From a virus (lineage: Duplodnaviria; Caudoviricetes): a stretch of DNA of 36,564 nt. Below the pieces are notes generated by a model. It was given only the letters and a program-made list of their open reading frames with translations, was not told the DNA's origin and ran no database searches. Below, piece by piece: positions 23,960 through 34,049 of this stretch. Position 1 is the stretch's first letter. The number at the start of each line of letters is the position of its first letter. The position numbers and the translations under genes were made by a program. The DNA lies in the IMG/VR virus record IMGVR_UViG_3300030330_002743, positions 1-36,564 of that record. The stretch is one strand, 5' to 3'.

Positions 23960-24327
23960 GGCTCAACTACCTGCCTAAACGTCGCAGTAATTTCGTTGAC
24001 CCCAGAGTAGTTAAAAGTTCTAGCCCAACTTGCCACCACCCACTTGTAAGTTTCAGTGTCACCGATTGGGCTCCAGTCAAATGACGCAGCATCATCAGCG
24101 CGAGCATCAAGAAAAGCCTCAATGGCGTCAGCGTCAGTATTGTCCTTAGCAGTCCACTTGAGGTTCCATTCCTTCAGATTTTGATCTTCGCCATATCTCA
24201 GCCGTTGCTCATACCCATCACCAAACTTGACGAGACGAATCTTGGGGTTGCTCTTTTTTACAGCACCAAAATCAGGCGTGGTGCCACCTGTGCTTGTGCC
24301 GACTGTGGAGTCATCAAAAGTAGCCAT
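23956..24327 (-). CDS. minor tail protein M (distal tail)
   Basis: VKFGDGYEQR...IEAFLDAR...SFDW...ITATFRQVVEP. Confidence 0.88.
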   Translation of the reverse strand: MATFDDSTVGTSTGGTTPDFGAVKKSNPKIRLVKFGDGYEQRLRYGEDQNLKEWNLKWTAKDNTDADAIEAFLDARADDAASFDWSPIGDTETYKWVVASWARTFNYSGVNEITATFRQVVEP

Positions 24328-26552
24328 TAGCGGAGCAAGCCTCCAGGACGACGTTGTTTAATTAGTTCAGCCTGAATAGCAGCGGCAATGGAGTTGCCGA
24401 GTTGCTTGGCTTGGTTGGAATCACCTTGCACGCTGGAGCCTGAAGCATCAACGTTCACAACCACGCTACCCATTCCATTGCCACTTGCCTCAACACCAAG
24501 CTTGCCGGATGGGCCACGACGCAGCGGCATAATTGCTTCTGGGCCAGCCTCACCCATTAGACCCATGCCATTTGCCATGGGGAACAAAGTGGGACGATTG
24601 ACGACACCACCTCTTGCATAAGGCATTACTCGGCCTTGCTGCAAGACGCCGCCATCAGCAAGACCAAGGATTGACTTGACACCGAACGAAATAGCAAGGC
24701 TTGCAAGCTGACGAAGGATGCCTGAAAGCGACTCAGCGAATGATTTGGTCCCGTCAATCAAGCCGTTAATGGCATTTGTCAATCCAGTAGCGACTGTCTC
24801 CTTGATGCTTTGCATCAATTGTTGTCCCTTAGTAAGTTCTTTGTTTATCTCAACCTCTCCGTTCTTTGCCTGCTTACGCAGCTTGATGCCATCCTCCCTG
24901 AGCTTGTTCTCGCTTTCCAAAAGACCGACCTTAAAAGTGTTTGCGTCAATTTCACCAGCTTGGAATTGCTCAGTAAGTTTTTGGTTCCTAATCAAGAATT
25001 CAGTTTGTACCTCAAGCTCTTTGTTGTTGCCGAATCTGGCCTCTTGCAGTCTTTCCGTAAGATTCAAAATATCTGCGCTTGTAGTTTTTATTTTTTTGCC
25101 CTTTTCTTCTGAATCTGGATCTGGGTCTGGGTCTACCACTCCTGGCAAGGCTGACTGTTTTACATCTGCCGCAGCTCCGAAGCCAGTAAGATCACGCAAT
25201 GTAGCTTGTGCAGCCTGCAATTGTTGTCTCTTGGCATCCAGCTGCTGCTCAACTTCTCTGATGTCACTTGGGCGAATCAATCCTGCAGCTACCAAAGGCT
25301 TGCGCTCTTCTTGCTTTTTTAGTAAACGTGTGATGTCATCAGACAATCTTTTGATCTTGTTTCTTGTCCCTGATGCGCCAAGCTCCAAAAACAAGTTCAA
25401 ACGAGCTGTAGCCGCATCAATAAATTCAATGATGTTCGTAAATGTAACTTGAAACGCTGCCCCAATTGGCTTCAGCAACGTACCTACATTCTCAGAAAGC
25501 CTTTCAAGCACTTTCTGTAAACGATCACCAGCAGCATCAGGGCTGTCAGCAATCTCCTTAGCCGTTTCTCCATATCGTGCAAACAACTCCTCTGCAAACT
25601 TTTGAAAGTCCTGCAGACTCACTTGACCTTGTTCCAACGCCTTATCCAACTCAGCAGGCGTTTTGCCCATTGACTCTGCAAACAGAGTGAATGCACCTGG
25701 CAAACGCTCACCAATTTGCTGTCGCAGTTCTTCTGCGGATACCTTGCCTTTACTAAAGACCTGAGCGGTAGCAGTTAGAGCTGCGTCTACATCACCGAGA
25801 GATCCACCTGTTGCTCTTACTGCAGCAACAATGCCTTTAAATGCAGTCTTTGTGTCCTCTAGATTGCCGCCAGCGCCCGAAACAGACGCCTGCAATCTTG
25901 TAAATTGCTTAGTAATAACACTTTGAGGAATAGCAAAATCTTCAGTTTGCTCTTGAACAAAACCTAGAGCTTCTGTGTACTCTCCTTGCCCATTAGTAAC
26001 GCCTTTAAGAGCAATTCTGAGTTTGGTTAAGTTGGCCGCGTATTCAGCAGTTGCGCCCAAAGCCTGCCTTACCTGACCAACCTGCGCACCGATTGCAGCA
26101 CCTACAGCAGCACCAGCAGGGCCGCCCAAGCCAAGGCCAATTGCGCCACCAATGGCGCCCTCAGGGCCACCAAACACGCCACCAGCAGCGATTGCACCAA
26201 CACCCTTGGCAATACCAGCAAGGCGTCCTCCACGCTGTGCCTTGCGTCCCTCAGCCTTAGCCAAAGCAGCATCAAGCTTTGCAACCTCAGCAGTAGCCTG
26301 TTTGAATTCTTTGCTCGTCAGGTCAACTGAATCGCGCAATGCCATGAAGGCATCTTTCTGCGCACGCAGGTTGTTAACTGAATTTTTGGTATTGACCTGC
26401 AGCTCTTTAATATTTGCAATCTGCTTTTTGAAGTCAACGTTTGATGCCTTGACTTCCTGCGAGACACGCCGAACAGCAGTCTTCAACCTGTTCAGGCCTT
26501 GCAGATTCTCAACCTCTGCTCTGATCTTTAAGACTGTGGGATTTTCGGCCAT
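24327..26552 (-). CDS. tape measure protein
   Basis: QVFSKGKVSAEELRQQIGERLPGA tape-measure domain; C-terminal GEAGPEAIMPL. Confidence 0.93.
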   Translation of the reverse strand: MAENPTVLKIRAEVENLQGLNRLKTAVRRVSQEVKASNVDFKKQIANIKELQVNTKNSVNNLRAQKDAFMALRDSVDLTSKEFKQATAEVAKLDAALAKAEGRKAQRGGRLAGIAKGVGAIAAGGVFGGPEGAIGGAIGLGLGGPAGAAVGAAIGAQVGQVRQALGATAEYAANLTKLRIALKGVTNGQGEYTEALGFVQEQTEDFAIPQSVITKQFTRLQASVSGAGGNLEDTKTAFKGIVAAVRATGGSLGDVDAALTATAQVFSKGKVSAEELRQQIGERLPGAFTLFAESMGKTPAELDKALEQGQVSLQDFQKFAEELFARYGETAKEIADSPDAAGDRLQKVLERLSENVGTLLKPIGAAFQVTFTNIIEFIDAATARLNLFLELGASGTRNKIKRLSDDITRLLKKQEERKPLVAAGLIRPSDIREVEQQLDAKRQQLQAAQATLRDLTGFGAAADVKQSALPGVVDPDPDPDSEEKGKKIKTTSADILNLTERLQEARFGNNKELEVQTEFLIRNQKLTEQFQAGEIDANTFKVGLLESENKLREDGIKLRKQAKNGEVEINKELTKGQQLMQSIKETVATGLTNAINGLIDGTKSFAESLSGILRQLASLAISFGVKSILGLADGGVLQQGRVMPYARGGVVNRPTLFPMANGMGLMGEAGPEAIMPLRRGPSGKLGVEASGNGMGSVVVNVDASGSSVQGDSNQAKQLGNSIAAAIQAELIKQRRPGGLLR

Positions 26553-26815
26553 CAGTTCTTCTTGTTAAAGCAGTTCAGAGCGGTGTACTCCATAACCTGC
26601 AAGCCCTCAAAAAGCTCTTGCGGGTTATCCACTGGATACAGTCTACAAAGCCATTCAAGCGCCGCATAGTCCAATCCAACGGCACCACTCATGCTTGTAC
26701 GCCATTGCGTTTGCATGCGCATAAACATTTCTACGATCTGACGATTGTCATCCCAGACCTCAAAATCCTGCACAACCTCCTCAAGCTTTAGCGCAGCAAG
26801 CTGTTCCTCAGACAT
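26552..26815 (-). CDS. tail assembly chaperone, gpT part (DUF1799-like), C-terminus of the GT frameshift product
   Basis: MQTQWR...GLDY motif; the frame is open back to the slippery site at 26890. Confidence 0.8.
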   Translation of the reverse strand: MSEEQLAALKLEEVVQDFEVWDDNRQIVEMFMRMQTQWRTSMSGAVGLDYAALEWLCRLYPVDNPQELFEGLQVMEYTALNCFNKKN

Positions 26816-26886
26816 GCCAAGTGCCTTGAGGTCAGCCTCACGCTCGTCTACAACGCCGCCTTGCGCCCAATACTGAGCTGCGGCCT

Positions 26887-27210
26887 CTAGTTTTTTGCCT
26901 TAGCTCCCTGCAGGCTTTGCAGATAAGCCTCCATCACGCCACGGACAAAATAGGTGTCGTCCATCAGCTCTACCTTCATGTCTTCCGTGAAGGGGATGGG
27001 CGTACCTTCATCATCAACGACATCTTCCCAGCCGAGCAGGACTTCATCCATCAGCTCAGCAGTCCGTGTGTCATCAAGGTCTTCAAAAGCTTTACGGCCA
27101 ACTCGCTTAAAGATGGCCGTGAAAGTTTCTTTCTTGTACTGACCGTTGTCGGGTAGTTCTACCGTGACAGGCCACTTGTAAGAAGTGACCTTGGTGTACT
27201 TAAAACCCAT
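26887..27210 (-). CDS. tail assembly chaperone G
   Basis: Lies between tail tube and tape measure; GWEDVVD...IPF; ends in AKN at a slippery heptamer. Confidence 0.85.
   Translation of the reverse strand: MGFKYTKVTSYKWPVTVELPDNGQYKKETFTAIFKRVGRKAFEDLDDTRTAELMDEVLLGWEDVVDDEGTPIPFTEDMKVELMDDTYFVRGVMEAYLQSLQGAKAKN
26890..26896 (-). other. -1 programmed ribosomal frameshift site (A AAA AAC)
   Basis: X XXY YYZ heptamer just before the G stop. The -1 frame reads LEAAAQYWAQGGVVDEREADLKALG into ORF 26552..26815. Confidence 0.85.
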
Positions 27211-27213
27211 GAA

Positions 27214-28155
27214 TTAGGTGAAAGCCAGACTGAAGGAATTATTACCTGCAGTTGTAGGAAGTGCCAAGTACGGCATCGTCAGGCTGATAACACCGTTGGT
27301 GTCGCCGTAGCTGATGCCAGTCACATCAGTCTGCGCCATCGTCAGCGTCGTGATGTTGCCTGCAGTGCCACCCAGAACAATGCTGCTGCTTGCGGTGCTG
27401 TTGCCGCGTGCATCCTCAAAGTAGTCAGTGGTGCTACGAGCAGGAGCTTCAATTACTGCAGTGCCGCCAGGTGCCCGATCAACAATCAACACCTGCTGAG
27501 AAGAAGCAGTCTCTTTGTAGGTAAGAGAGTTGTTTAGAGCAAAGTCAAGAGACTCAATGCGCTGGCTGGTCTCACCGAAGAACGTGGCAGTCGTCACGTT
27601 GGTGTCATTGACCTCAAGAGCTGCAGCTTGGTTGGCAACAGTGAAAGTGCCACTCAGTGCAGTGCTATCAGGGTTGTTGTAGATACCAGTGAACTGGAAG
27701 CTCATTGTGGCAAGCTGACCAGCACTAAAGTTGATGCTCACAGTGCCACGAGCACCAGTGATGATGTGACGAGTACCGTCATAGAAGCAGTACATCGTGA
27801 CTGAATCAAAGCTGCTGCTAACAGGTGCATAGGTTGCACTTGTAGAAGCAACAATGGTCTCCGAGCATCCGCATGCTTTCAGCAAAGGACCAAAAGCAGG
27901 AGCAGTTCCAGCAGCACCACTACCCCCAAGCTCAACATCAAAAGTGACGCTAACTCGCTTGTTTGCGGTCAACGTTGCGCGAGAGCTGTTGCCGATAAAT
28001 CCTTGAAAAGCAGCCGCTTGAACGTTGTCAGACTCCATAGGAGTCAGCTCAAGGCTGCTGATTTGAATTGCGTTACTACCGCCGACTGGTGTGGGATCAG
28101 TCCCCTCCGTCGCTTCAATCTTCGCTACTAGGAACTTCTTGCGAGTCAGAGCCAT
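27214..28155 (-). CDS. major tail (tube) protein
   Basis: 313 aa, beta-rich, VELGGSGAAGTAP...LLKACG; located upstream of the chaperones. Confidence 0.85.
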   Translation of the reverse strand: MALTRKKFLVAKIEATEGTDPTPVGGSNAIQISSLELTPMESDNVQAAAFQGFIGNSSRATLTANKRVSVTFDVELGGSGAAGTAPAFGPLLKACGCSETIVASTSATYAPVSSSFDSVTMYCFYDGTRHIITGARGTVSINFSAGQLATMSFQFTGIYNNPDSTALSGTFTVANQAAALEVNDTNVTTATFFGETSQRIESLDFALNNSLTYKETASSQQVLIVDRAPGGTAVIEAPARSTTDYFEDARGNSTASSSIVLGGTAGNITTLTMAQTDVTGISYGDTNGVISLTMPYLALPTTAGNNSFSLAFT

Positions 28156-28258
28156 TTTCTTGGGGGGCGGTGGGTGCTGTAATCAGTGTAGTTTCACCTG
28201 TTTCAGGATCAAACAGATAGCTGCCGCCTGCACCAGGATTGGGGACCTGCGAGTTCAT
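28115..28258 (-). CDS. small hypothetical protein (GGSYLFDPETG)
   Basis: Hand-translated 47 aa filling the gap between tail terminator and tail tube; alternative ATG at 28267. Confidence 0.55.
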   Translation of the reverse strand: MNSQVPNPGAGGSYLFDPETGETTLITAPTAPQENGSDSQEVPSSED

Positions 28259-28269
28259 ATTAGCCATAC

Positions 28270-28695
28270 TCAAGCAGATGTTAAATCAGTTCTGCTAGTA
28301 CGGTAGCGCACTAAAAAATCTTGACTGATTAAACCTAAAGGCACGTCAGCTTCAAACAGGCTGAACTCAGTACGATCAGGGGTTAAATCAAGCGCATAGC
28401 CATTGATTGTTTGATCGGCCATCAACAGTGAATGCACTTGCTGCGTGTAGGTGTCAGAGCTGTCGTCTGGCAATGCAGCGCGAACGATAGTCGTCACACG
28501 GACGCGCATTGTGTGATCAAGCTTGTCAAAAAAGTTGGTGTCATTAAGCGTGTCATCCATCGGCTCAATGATCACCGCTGGGACCTCTCCACGAGCCAGT
28601 GGCTCCACTCGGCTGCGATACACAGTCGCGCCAGTGATGGAGTCAAGATTGCTCTTCATGCGAGCAAGGATCAGCTCTCGGCGCGTGTCAGCCAT
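28270..28695 (-). CDS. tail terminator protein (gpU-like)
   Basis: Size, position and RRELIL...VYRSR...PAVIIEP motif. Confidence 0.75.
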   Translation of the reverse strand: MADTRRELILARMKSNLDSITGATVYRSRVEPLARGEVPAVIIEPMDDTLNDTNFFDKLDHTMRVRVTTIVRAALPDDSSDTYTQQVHSLLMADQTINGYALDLTPDRTEFSLFEADVPLGLISQDFLVRYRTSRTDLTSA

Positions 28696-28976
28696 CAGTC
28701 CTTACTCAGCAACAAGACAGAAAAAACACCATCATCAATAGCTCTGTTTTCTCTGCAGGTGTAATTCTCAGAGTTCACCACAACAGTGGTGCCGCGAGCG
28801 ACGCTGCTCACCTTGGAAGTTTCAGCTAGAAGCTCATACTCCCTACTAACAGCAACGCCGCCTGCGATCACTTCAACAGGCGAATCAAGGACACCGACGA
28901 AAGTCGTGCCACCAACAGAACAGTCAAGACCGAACTCGTCAGTGTTTAGAAAACCGTCAGTGTCGTTGATTGGCAT
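28695..28976 (-). CDS. head-tail joining protein (gpFII-like)
   Basis: 93 aa, beta-rich, DEFG...GVLD...DDG; position. Confidence 0.7.
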   Translation of the reverse strand: MPINDTDGFLNTDEFGLDCSVGGTTFVGVLDSPVEVIAGGVAVSREYELLAETSKVSSVARGTTVVVNSENYTCRENRAIDDGVFSVLLLSKD

Positions 28977-28978
28977 GA

Positions 28979-29356
28979 TCAGCCGTACTTCTTGGAACCA
29001 AGGGCAACGACGCTTACAGCGCCAGCGCCAGAACCACCAGCAACGGTGATCACGGCACGGATGTAACGACGAACTTCGTCGCTATTAATGCGAAGGGTCT
29101 CGCGAAGTGCGGTGTTTGCACTGGTGGTGGTGAAGGCCAGACCAGAGACATCAGCGTAAGTGCTGTCATCTGCAGAGTCTTGGATCTTTACCGCATAGGT
29201 GATGGAAGCACCACCGGCCTCAGCATCAAGAATCGCCATGATGTCGCCCTCGTAATCAACGAGGTCAACGCCAGTGCGGTTTGCGCTTGCAGCAACCACA
29301 TCATTTGGCGAGAGGGCCAAAAGGGTGGTTTTAGTGCCCAAATTTTGGACAGTCAT
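28979..29356 (-). CDS. virion structural protein (possible head decoration)
   Basis: Downstream of the capsid gene; beta-sandwich-like (VKIQDS...RRYIR). Confidence 0.65.
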   Translation of the reverse strand: MTVQNLGTKTTLLALSPNDVVAASANRTGVDLVDYEGDIMAILDAEAGGASITYAVKIQDSADDSTYADVSGLAFTTTSANTALRETLRINSDEVRRYIRAVITVAGGSGAGAVSVVALGSKKYG

Positions 29357-29577
29357 GATTTGGTCCTCCTGCGGGAAGTTGCTTTCGGTTTTGCCTCAGC
29401 CTTAGGCATAGGGCACTGCACGGGTGCCACCTCAGGTTCAGTTACGGGCTCCTCGTAGACAATGGCCGCAGCCTGTCCAATAAGGATTTGTGCATCCGCA
29501 GGGGAAGCCTCAACGACCTCCCCAATGCGGACAACTTGACCCGCCAGTGTTACCTGTTTACGGATCTTGATCTTCAT
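29353..29577 (-). CDS. hypothetical protein (possible gpFI-like packaging accessory)
   Basis: 74 aa immediately after the capsid gene; GEVVE...AQILI..AA. Confidence 0.65.
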   Translation of the reverse strand: MKIKIRKQVTLAGQVVRIGEVVEASPADAQILIGQAAAIVYEEPVTEPEVAPVQCPMPKAEAKPKATSRRRTKS

Positions 29578-29579
29578 GA

Positions 29580-31967
29580 TCAGAGGGTGTTGTTACCGCG
29601 TGAGAAGCTCGCACCATGGCGAGCAGCGATGTCAACATCCTGCAGAGCAACAACACGGACGGTGCCGGAAGTGCTGCCGGTGTAAGGATCAACCATCAGA
29701 TCAAGACCAGAGAAGTAGGCAATGATCAGGTCGGAGAAGTTACCGAACCAGAGATCGTTGCTAGCAACTTGGTTGGAGATCACAGCGCGATAGCCGTTGA
29801 CTTCACCGCCTTGCAAGATGAACTGAGCGGTGTTGCTGGCCTTCTCAGTGGTCTTCAGTGAACCTGCCATTGCAGAGTTCATCAGATAGACAGGGCTGCC
29901 AAGCAGTGCGTTAGCACCAGCCACGTCAGATTCCAGTGCCACAACCTCGGAGAAGGTAGGAGCGTTAGCTGCGAAGTCCTCGCTCAGAACACCAGTGGTG
30001 TCCTTCAGGCCCAGAGGCTGGTTAGAAGAACCAGAGCCATAGAGACCGACGCGGTCAATCTCAAGAGCCAGCACACGAGCAAGGTCGGTGCGAACCATGT
30101 TCTCCACGTCAATGGAGGACTGGATCATCAGGCGACGGCTGAAGTCGGTGAAAGCACCGCAGGTCTTAGGAGTCAGAGAGACCTGATCAATGGTCTGCTG
30201 GGACTCGGTGGGTGAACCAGACTCAGCAACCCAGTAAGCGGTAGCAGCGCCGGACTGACGGGGGATGTTGACGTTGCCAGACAGGCCAGTCAATACGGTT
30301 GCGCCAGCTTGATCCAGTGCAGAAGCATTCCGCAGCAGATCAATAAAGTTGGCGGCATCCAGTTCGGTCTCAACGAGGTTGCCACCAGCGGAGGCAGTAC
30401 CAACGTTCAAATCACGCTTCATCACATCCGTGGGGATGGTGATACCGCGTGAGGCGCGACCAAGCTTGGCGGCTTGTGCTTCAGAGGCTTCAATCTCAAA
30501 AGCAGCAGCTTCGCGAGCGGTGCGATCGCCAGGATTTGCCAGATAGTTGATGGCACGCAGGAAGGAGAAGCTGCGAGCCTCTTTCTGGGTCAGGCCGATC
30601 TCATCGCTGGCCTGTGCAACAGGCTTTTCGGTGACGGCTTTGCGCTCCAAAATGGCGGTGCGCAGCTCGTCAATGGAGCGGGAGTTGATAAGGAACTCAG
30701 AGGCAAGTTCCTCTGCGTTGTGACGCTTGCCGAGGGCAAACATTTCAGCGGCTTCCTTAGCCTTGGCCTCAACGGCCTCAGCGCGGATAGCCTCCACGTT
30801 GGGGGTAGTTTCCATGACGGAAGGTTCAGGTGTACTTGGTGCGGCTGAGACCGCGACCGTCTCCTCACTAGATGCGAGGGAACGGCCAATTCCAGCACCC
30901 ACGTTGTCTGCAGGGATTGAAACCATACTGACCTCGTAGGGCTGAAAAGAGGTGGCTCGGTACGTCACAGGTGTGGTGGACCGATCCTCCTCCATGTCGT
31001 TAATTCTGTAGCCAAAACTAACGTTGCGAACGATGCCGTCCCTAATTAGGTCTTGCATCTCGCGACCAAGCTCGTTGTTAGCGAGCTTGACCTTTGCGTA
31101 CGCTCTTTTGTTTTTGATGTACGCACGTTGGACAACACCAATGATCCGATCAGGGTCGTGATTGAAGAGCAGTGGTGCGCCGTCATTTAGACGGCTCATG
31201 TCCATCGCTTCAGAAGTCATGTTCAGTACTTCCATGCCGTAGACACGGTTGACTGGCTCCTCTGAAGCAAACGGGAACTCAAGAGTGCGGTCCTCGTCTT
31301 CTTCCTTGAATTCTGTGTAATGGGCACGCTTCAGGGATGCCTCGTCAAACATCCGAATAGCAGCAATCTTTGTAAGCGTGCTGAACTTATGGCCGACCTT
31401 GCGATCAGTTGCCTCGCCATCGCGATACAGCGTGATCAAGGCAGCGGGATCGTCCTCAGTGCCAGTGATCGTAAAGCTGGAATCTGGGACATCTATCGTC
31501 CCATCGCGTACCACACGATCAATACGTCCACGAGCACGACCGCCAGAAGAATTCCAACTGACGAAATCACCAACCTTGAGATCTCCGGGCTCGGCTCTTT
31601 GTTCATCGGTCATGGATCGTTCTCGTGCTTTTTTAATTGAAGCAGATTTTTCGCTGCTCCATGATTGACCAGCGTCACCGCCCCATGCTGCCCATGCTAC
31701 GCGTCCTTTGCTTGGGTAGCCATCTTCATCAGGACTAAATCCTTGCCCTTTTTTATCTACTTGGCGCCTCGCAAACCAAGCGGACATTTCAACAACTACA
31801 TCAGGCGATAATTCATCACCAGACAGAATCTGCGTGGCGCGACGTGCAGCAACCTCAGTGCCACCTGCCTCGCCATCTGACTTCCACTTGCGATAACGCT
31901 CAGCTTCAGCCTTCATCCCGTCAGTCGGGGTGAGATTGATGTCAGTGCCGTTGACGTTAGCCATCAA
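29580..31967 (-). CDS. fused prohead protease / major capsid protein (HK97 fold) with two extra N-terminal domains
   Basis: Protease motifs PLLFNHD, VSFGY and PYEVSMVSIPAD; capsid motifs AGGNLVET, AYWVAE and FGNFSDL. Confidence 0.93.
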   Translation of the reverse strand: MMANVNGTDINLTPTDGMKAEAERYRKWKSDGEAGGTEVAARRATQILSGDELSPDVVVEMSAWFARRQVDKKGQGFSPDEDGYPSKGRVAWAAWGGDAGQSWSSEKSASIKKARERSMTDEQRAEPGDLKVGDFVSWNSSGGRARGRIDRVVRDGTIDVPDSSFTITGTEDDPAALITLYRDGEATDRKVGHKFSTLTKIAAIRMFDEASLKRAHYTEFKEEDEDRTLEFPFASEEPVNRVYGMEVLNMTSEAMDMSRLNDGAPLLFNHDPDRIIGVVQRAYIKNKRAYAKVKLANNELGREMQDLIRDGIVRNVSFGYRINDMEEDRSTTPVTYRATSFQPYEVSMVSIPADNVGAGIGRSLASSEETVAVSAAPSTPEPSVMETTPNVEAIRAEAVEAKAKEAAEMFALGKRHNAEELASEFLINSRSIDELRTAILERKAVTEKPVAQASDEIGLTQKEARSFSFLRAINYLANPGDRTAREAAAFEIEASEAQAAKLGRASRGITIPTDVMKRDLNVGTASAGGNLVETELDAANFIDLLRNASALDQAGATVLTGLSGNVNIPRQSGAATAYWVAESGSPTESQQTIDQVSLTPKTCGAFTDFSRRLMIQSSIDVENMVRTDLARVLALEIDRVGLYGSGSSNQPLGLKDTTGVLSEDFAANAPTFSEVVALESDVAGANALLGSPVYLMNSAMAGSLKTTEKASNTAQFILQGGEVNGYRAVISNQVASNDLWFGNFSDLIIAYFSGLDLMVDPYTGSTSGTVRVVALQDVDIAARHGASFSRGNNTL

Positions 31968-33465
31968 TCGCTTCTCCTTCTTCGTGCATGACAGGATGCT
32001 GAGTTGGTGGGACAGGAGGACTTTGGGCTTGCCCTGCCTTCGTCACTTCGCTGGGGTCAGTGTCAGTGACAATGCCGAGTTCATCCAAAGTGGCAAGTTC
32101 ATGCTGCCGTTGACGCATTGTCTCCTCAAAATCACCGCCATGCAGGGCGATGACTTGTGAGAGGGTCATGATGCCGCTGCGAACAAGAGACTTGTAAGCC
32201 TCTGCTTCTTTCTGCGGGTCTACGAACTGCGCAGCAGGTGCAATCCACTTGCTCTCGTAATAACGATCGGGATCAATGTCAAAGCCGGGTGCGCGAACAG
32301 CACCGGACATGACTGCCATCTCCATCCAACGCTCGTAAATCGGTTGGCAGAGGTTGTCAATTAGGTACTGCTGCAGGGTGCGATAGTGCGCCCGCGTCTC
32401 AAGCAACTCAAGACGAGACGAGCTGTAGTTACTAGACGAGAAGTCGGAACTTACTTGCGTGTACGAGCATCCAACACCTGCGGCGACTGCACGAAGCATT
32501 TGGGCCACAAAAGGTGTAAAAGCATCATCTGGCCGCGTAGGTGAGAAGAACTGCATCTCTTCACCTGGAGCAAGACGCCGAATACTGCCAGGAGCGAAGT
32601 CCAGCACAGATTGCTCAGCATATGTGCCATCCTCAAACAGCTCCTGATCGGGTGTCCGGACGAACCCCATCATTGCCGAGCTGGCACGAGCGGCGATAAT
32701 CTCAGCCTCCTCAAAGCCCTTCAGGTTGTTGAGGCGCATGATTGCCGAGGCAAACGCGGTAACACCTCGCGTCTGACCAGGACGATCTACTGAGTAGAGG
32801 TGAATGATCTCGTCAGCAGGGACTCTTGTCCGACGCTTGACGTTGAGGTTGTTATTGACGAATTGGTAGTCGCCAGGGTGGTAGTTGAGGAAGTGATAGG
32901 CCACAGGTCGCGACCACTCGTCAACTTCAACCCCCATCCGTACACGATTGCCATTCTGCTCAATTCCGGTGTAATCATCGTCAAGCAGATCAGCCTCAAT
33001 GATCTCAAGGCCAAAGGGGACGCGGGAGTCACCAAAGCTTTGATTGACAAGGCGAATGAATACTTCGCCGGTCTCAATCATGCTGTTGATCGCCAAGCTT
33101 TGAATTGAGTTCCAGCTCAGCGTGCCGCCACAGTGGCAGTTCTTAGCTTTTGACCACTTCGTGAACTCATGCTCAATGACGGCGTTCAGGCGTTCATCTA
33201 GACGCCCGCCACGGATCATTCGGACTTGGGCTTGATGCTTGATCCCTTGACCAACAACGTTGTTTCTAACTGCGCGTAGAGCCGATTTGGCGAAATCAGA
33301 GTCACGAACAAGAGATCGCGCACGATTGCGCAGAACTCGGAGATTGTTCTTGACCTCTGCATCAGCACTTGTCCCAGATGACACCCAGTCAGATGTCAGG
33401 CGGTTGATTGATGCACCAGCGTAGTTGCGACGCTGAGGCTTCCTCTTGCGATTAAAGGGCCACAT
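31957..33465 (-). CDS. portal protein, lambda family
   Basis: LRNRARSL, GEVF, RPGQTRG, NYSSSR and VDPQKE motifs. Confidence 0.95.
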   Translation of the reverse strand: MWPFNRKRKPQRRNYAGASINRLTSDWVSSGTSADAEVKNNLRVLRNRARSLVRDSDFAKSALRAVRNNVVGQGIKHQAQVRMIRGGRLDERLNAVIEHEFTKWSKAKNCHCGGTLSWNSIQSLAINSMIETGEVFIRLVNQSFGDSRVPFGLEIIEADLLDDDYTGIEQNGNRVRMGVEVDEWSRPVAYHFLNYHPGDYQFVNNNLNVKRRTRVPADEIIHLYSVDRPGQTRGVTAFASAIMRLNNLKGFEEAEIIAARASSAMMGFVRTPDQELFEDGTYAEQSVLDFAPGSIRRLAPGEEMQFFSPTRPDDAFTPFVAQMLRAVAAGVGCSYTQVSSDFSSSNYSSSRLELLETRAHYRTLQQYLIDNLCQPIYERWMEMAVMSGAVRAPGFDIDPDRYYESKWIAPAAQFVDPQKEAEAYKSLVRSGIMTLSQVIALHGGDFEETMRQRQHELATLDELGIVTDTDPSEVTKAGQAQSPPVPPTQHPVMHEEGEAIDG

Positions 33466-34049
33466 CAGATAAACCTCACGCGGGTGACGCCGGGATTGCC
33501 AAGGCCCTGCCGAACTTTCTCGGCACGGCGTTCACGATCCACTTCAGCCTTTAAGTTATCGCGAAGCTGCAAAAGCTCACCCATCTTGTATCGCTTCAGG
33601 TTGCGACCTCCGATGGTGTATTCCTGCACCATGCCGCCACTGGCAAGAGTGCGGATTGCAGTTTCAACCTTCTCAAGGTCAACTTCAGCGCGTGAGCGAT
33701 CATCAAAAGCAGCGGGATGACCTGAACTGTCGTAGTAGGCAGTTGCCTTAACAGTGAACTGACCACGGCCAGCGGTGTACTGCTCACTGCTGTAAGTAGC
33801 AATCGCCTGCCAAGTCCAAGTGCCAGCATCAAAGCCAGTCGTCGTGCTACTAGGCACAGTGATGCGCCAACCATCGCCTTGAGCAGTGCCTGTGATTTCT
33901 GCGCCCTCGTGGGTCTTATTAAATCTGGCGTACCACTTCAGCGTGTAGGTGCCGCTGTCAATCTGTGTGCCTACTGAGTTAGTAAAAGCAGGGACATCAA
34001 AGATGACTGTGTCACCTGCGTAAACCAACTTGGGGACGAGAATACTCAC
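33465..34049 (-). CDS. head-tail adaptor (gpW-like C-terminus with extra N-terminal beta domain)
   Basis: Between terL and portal; QEYTIGGRNLKR...EL..LR. Confidence 0.7.
   Translation of the reverse strand: MSILVPKLVYAGDTVIFDVPAFTNSVGTQIDSGTYTLKWYARFNKTHEGAEITGTAQGDGWRITVPSSTTTGFDAGTWTWQAIATYSSEQYTAGRGQFTVKATAYYDSSGHPAAFDDRSRAEVDLEKVETAIRTLASGGMVQEYTIGGRNLKRYKMGELLQLRDNLKAEVDRERRAEKVRQGLGNPGVTRVRFI

Noticed and set aside
24718-25452. 244-aa plus-strand ORF and similar antisense ORFs across the structural region
   Set aside because: Shadow frames of strongly supported minus-strand genes; Ser/Leu-rich with no motifs.
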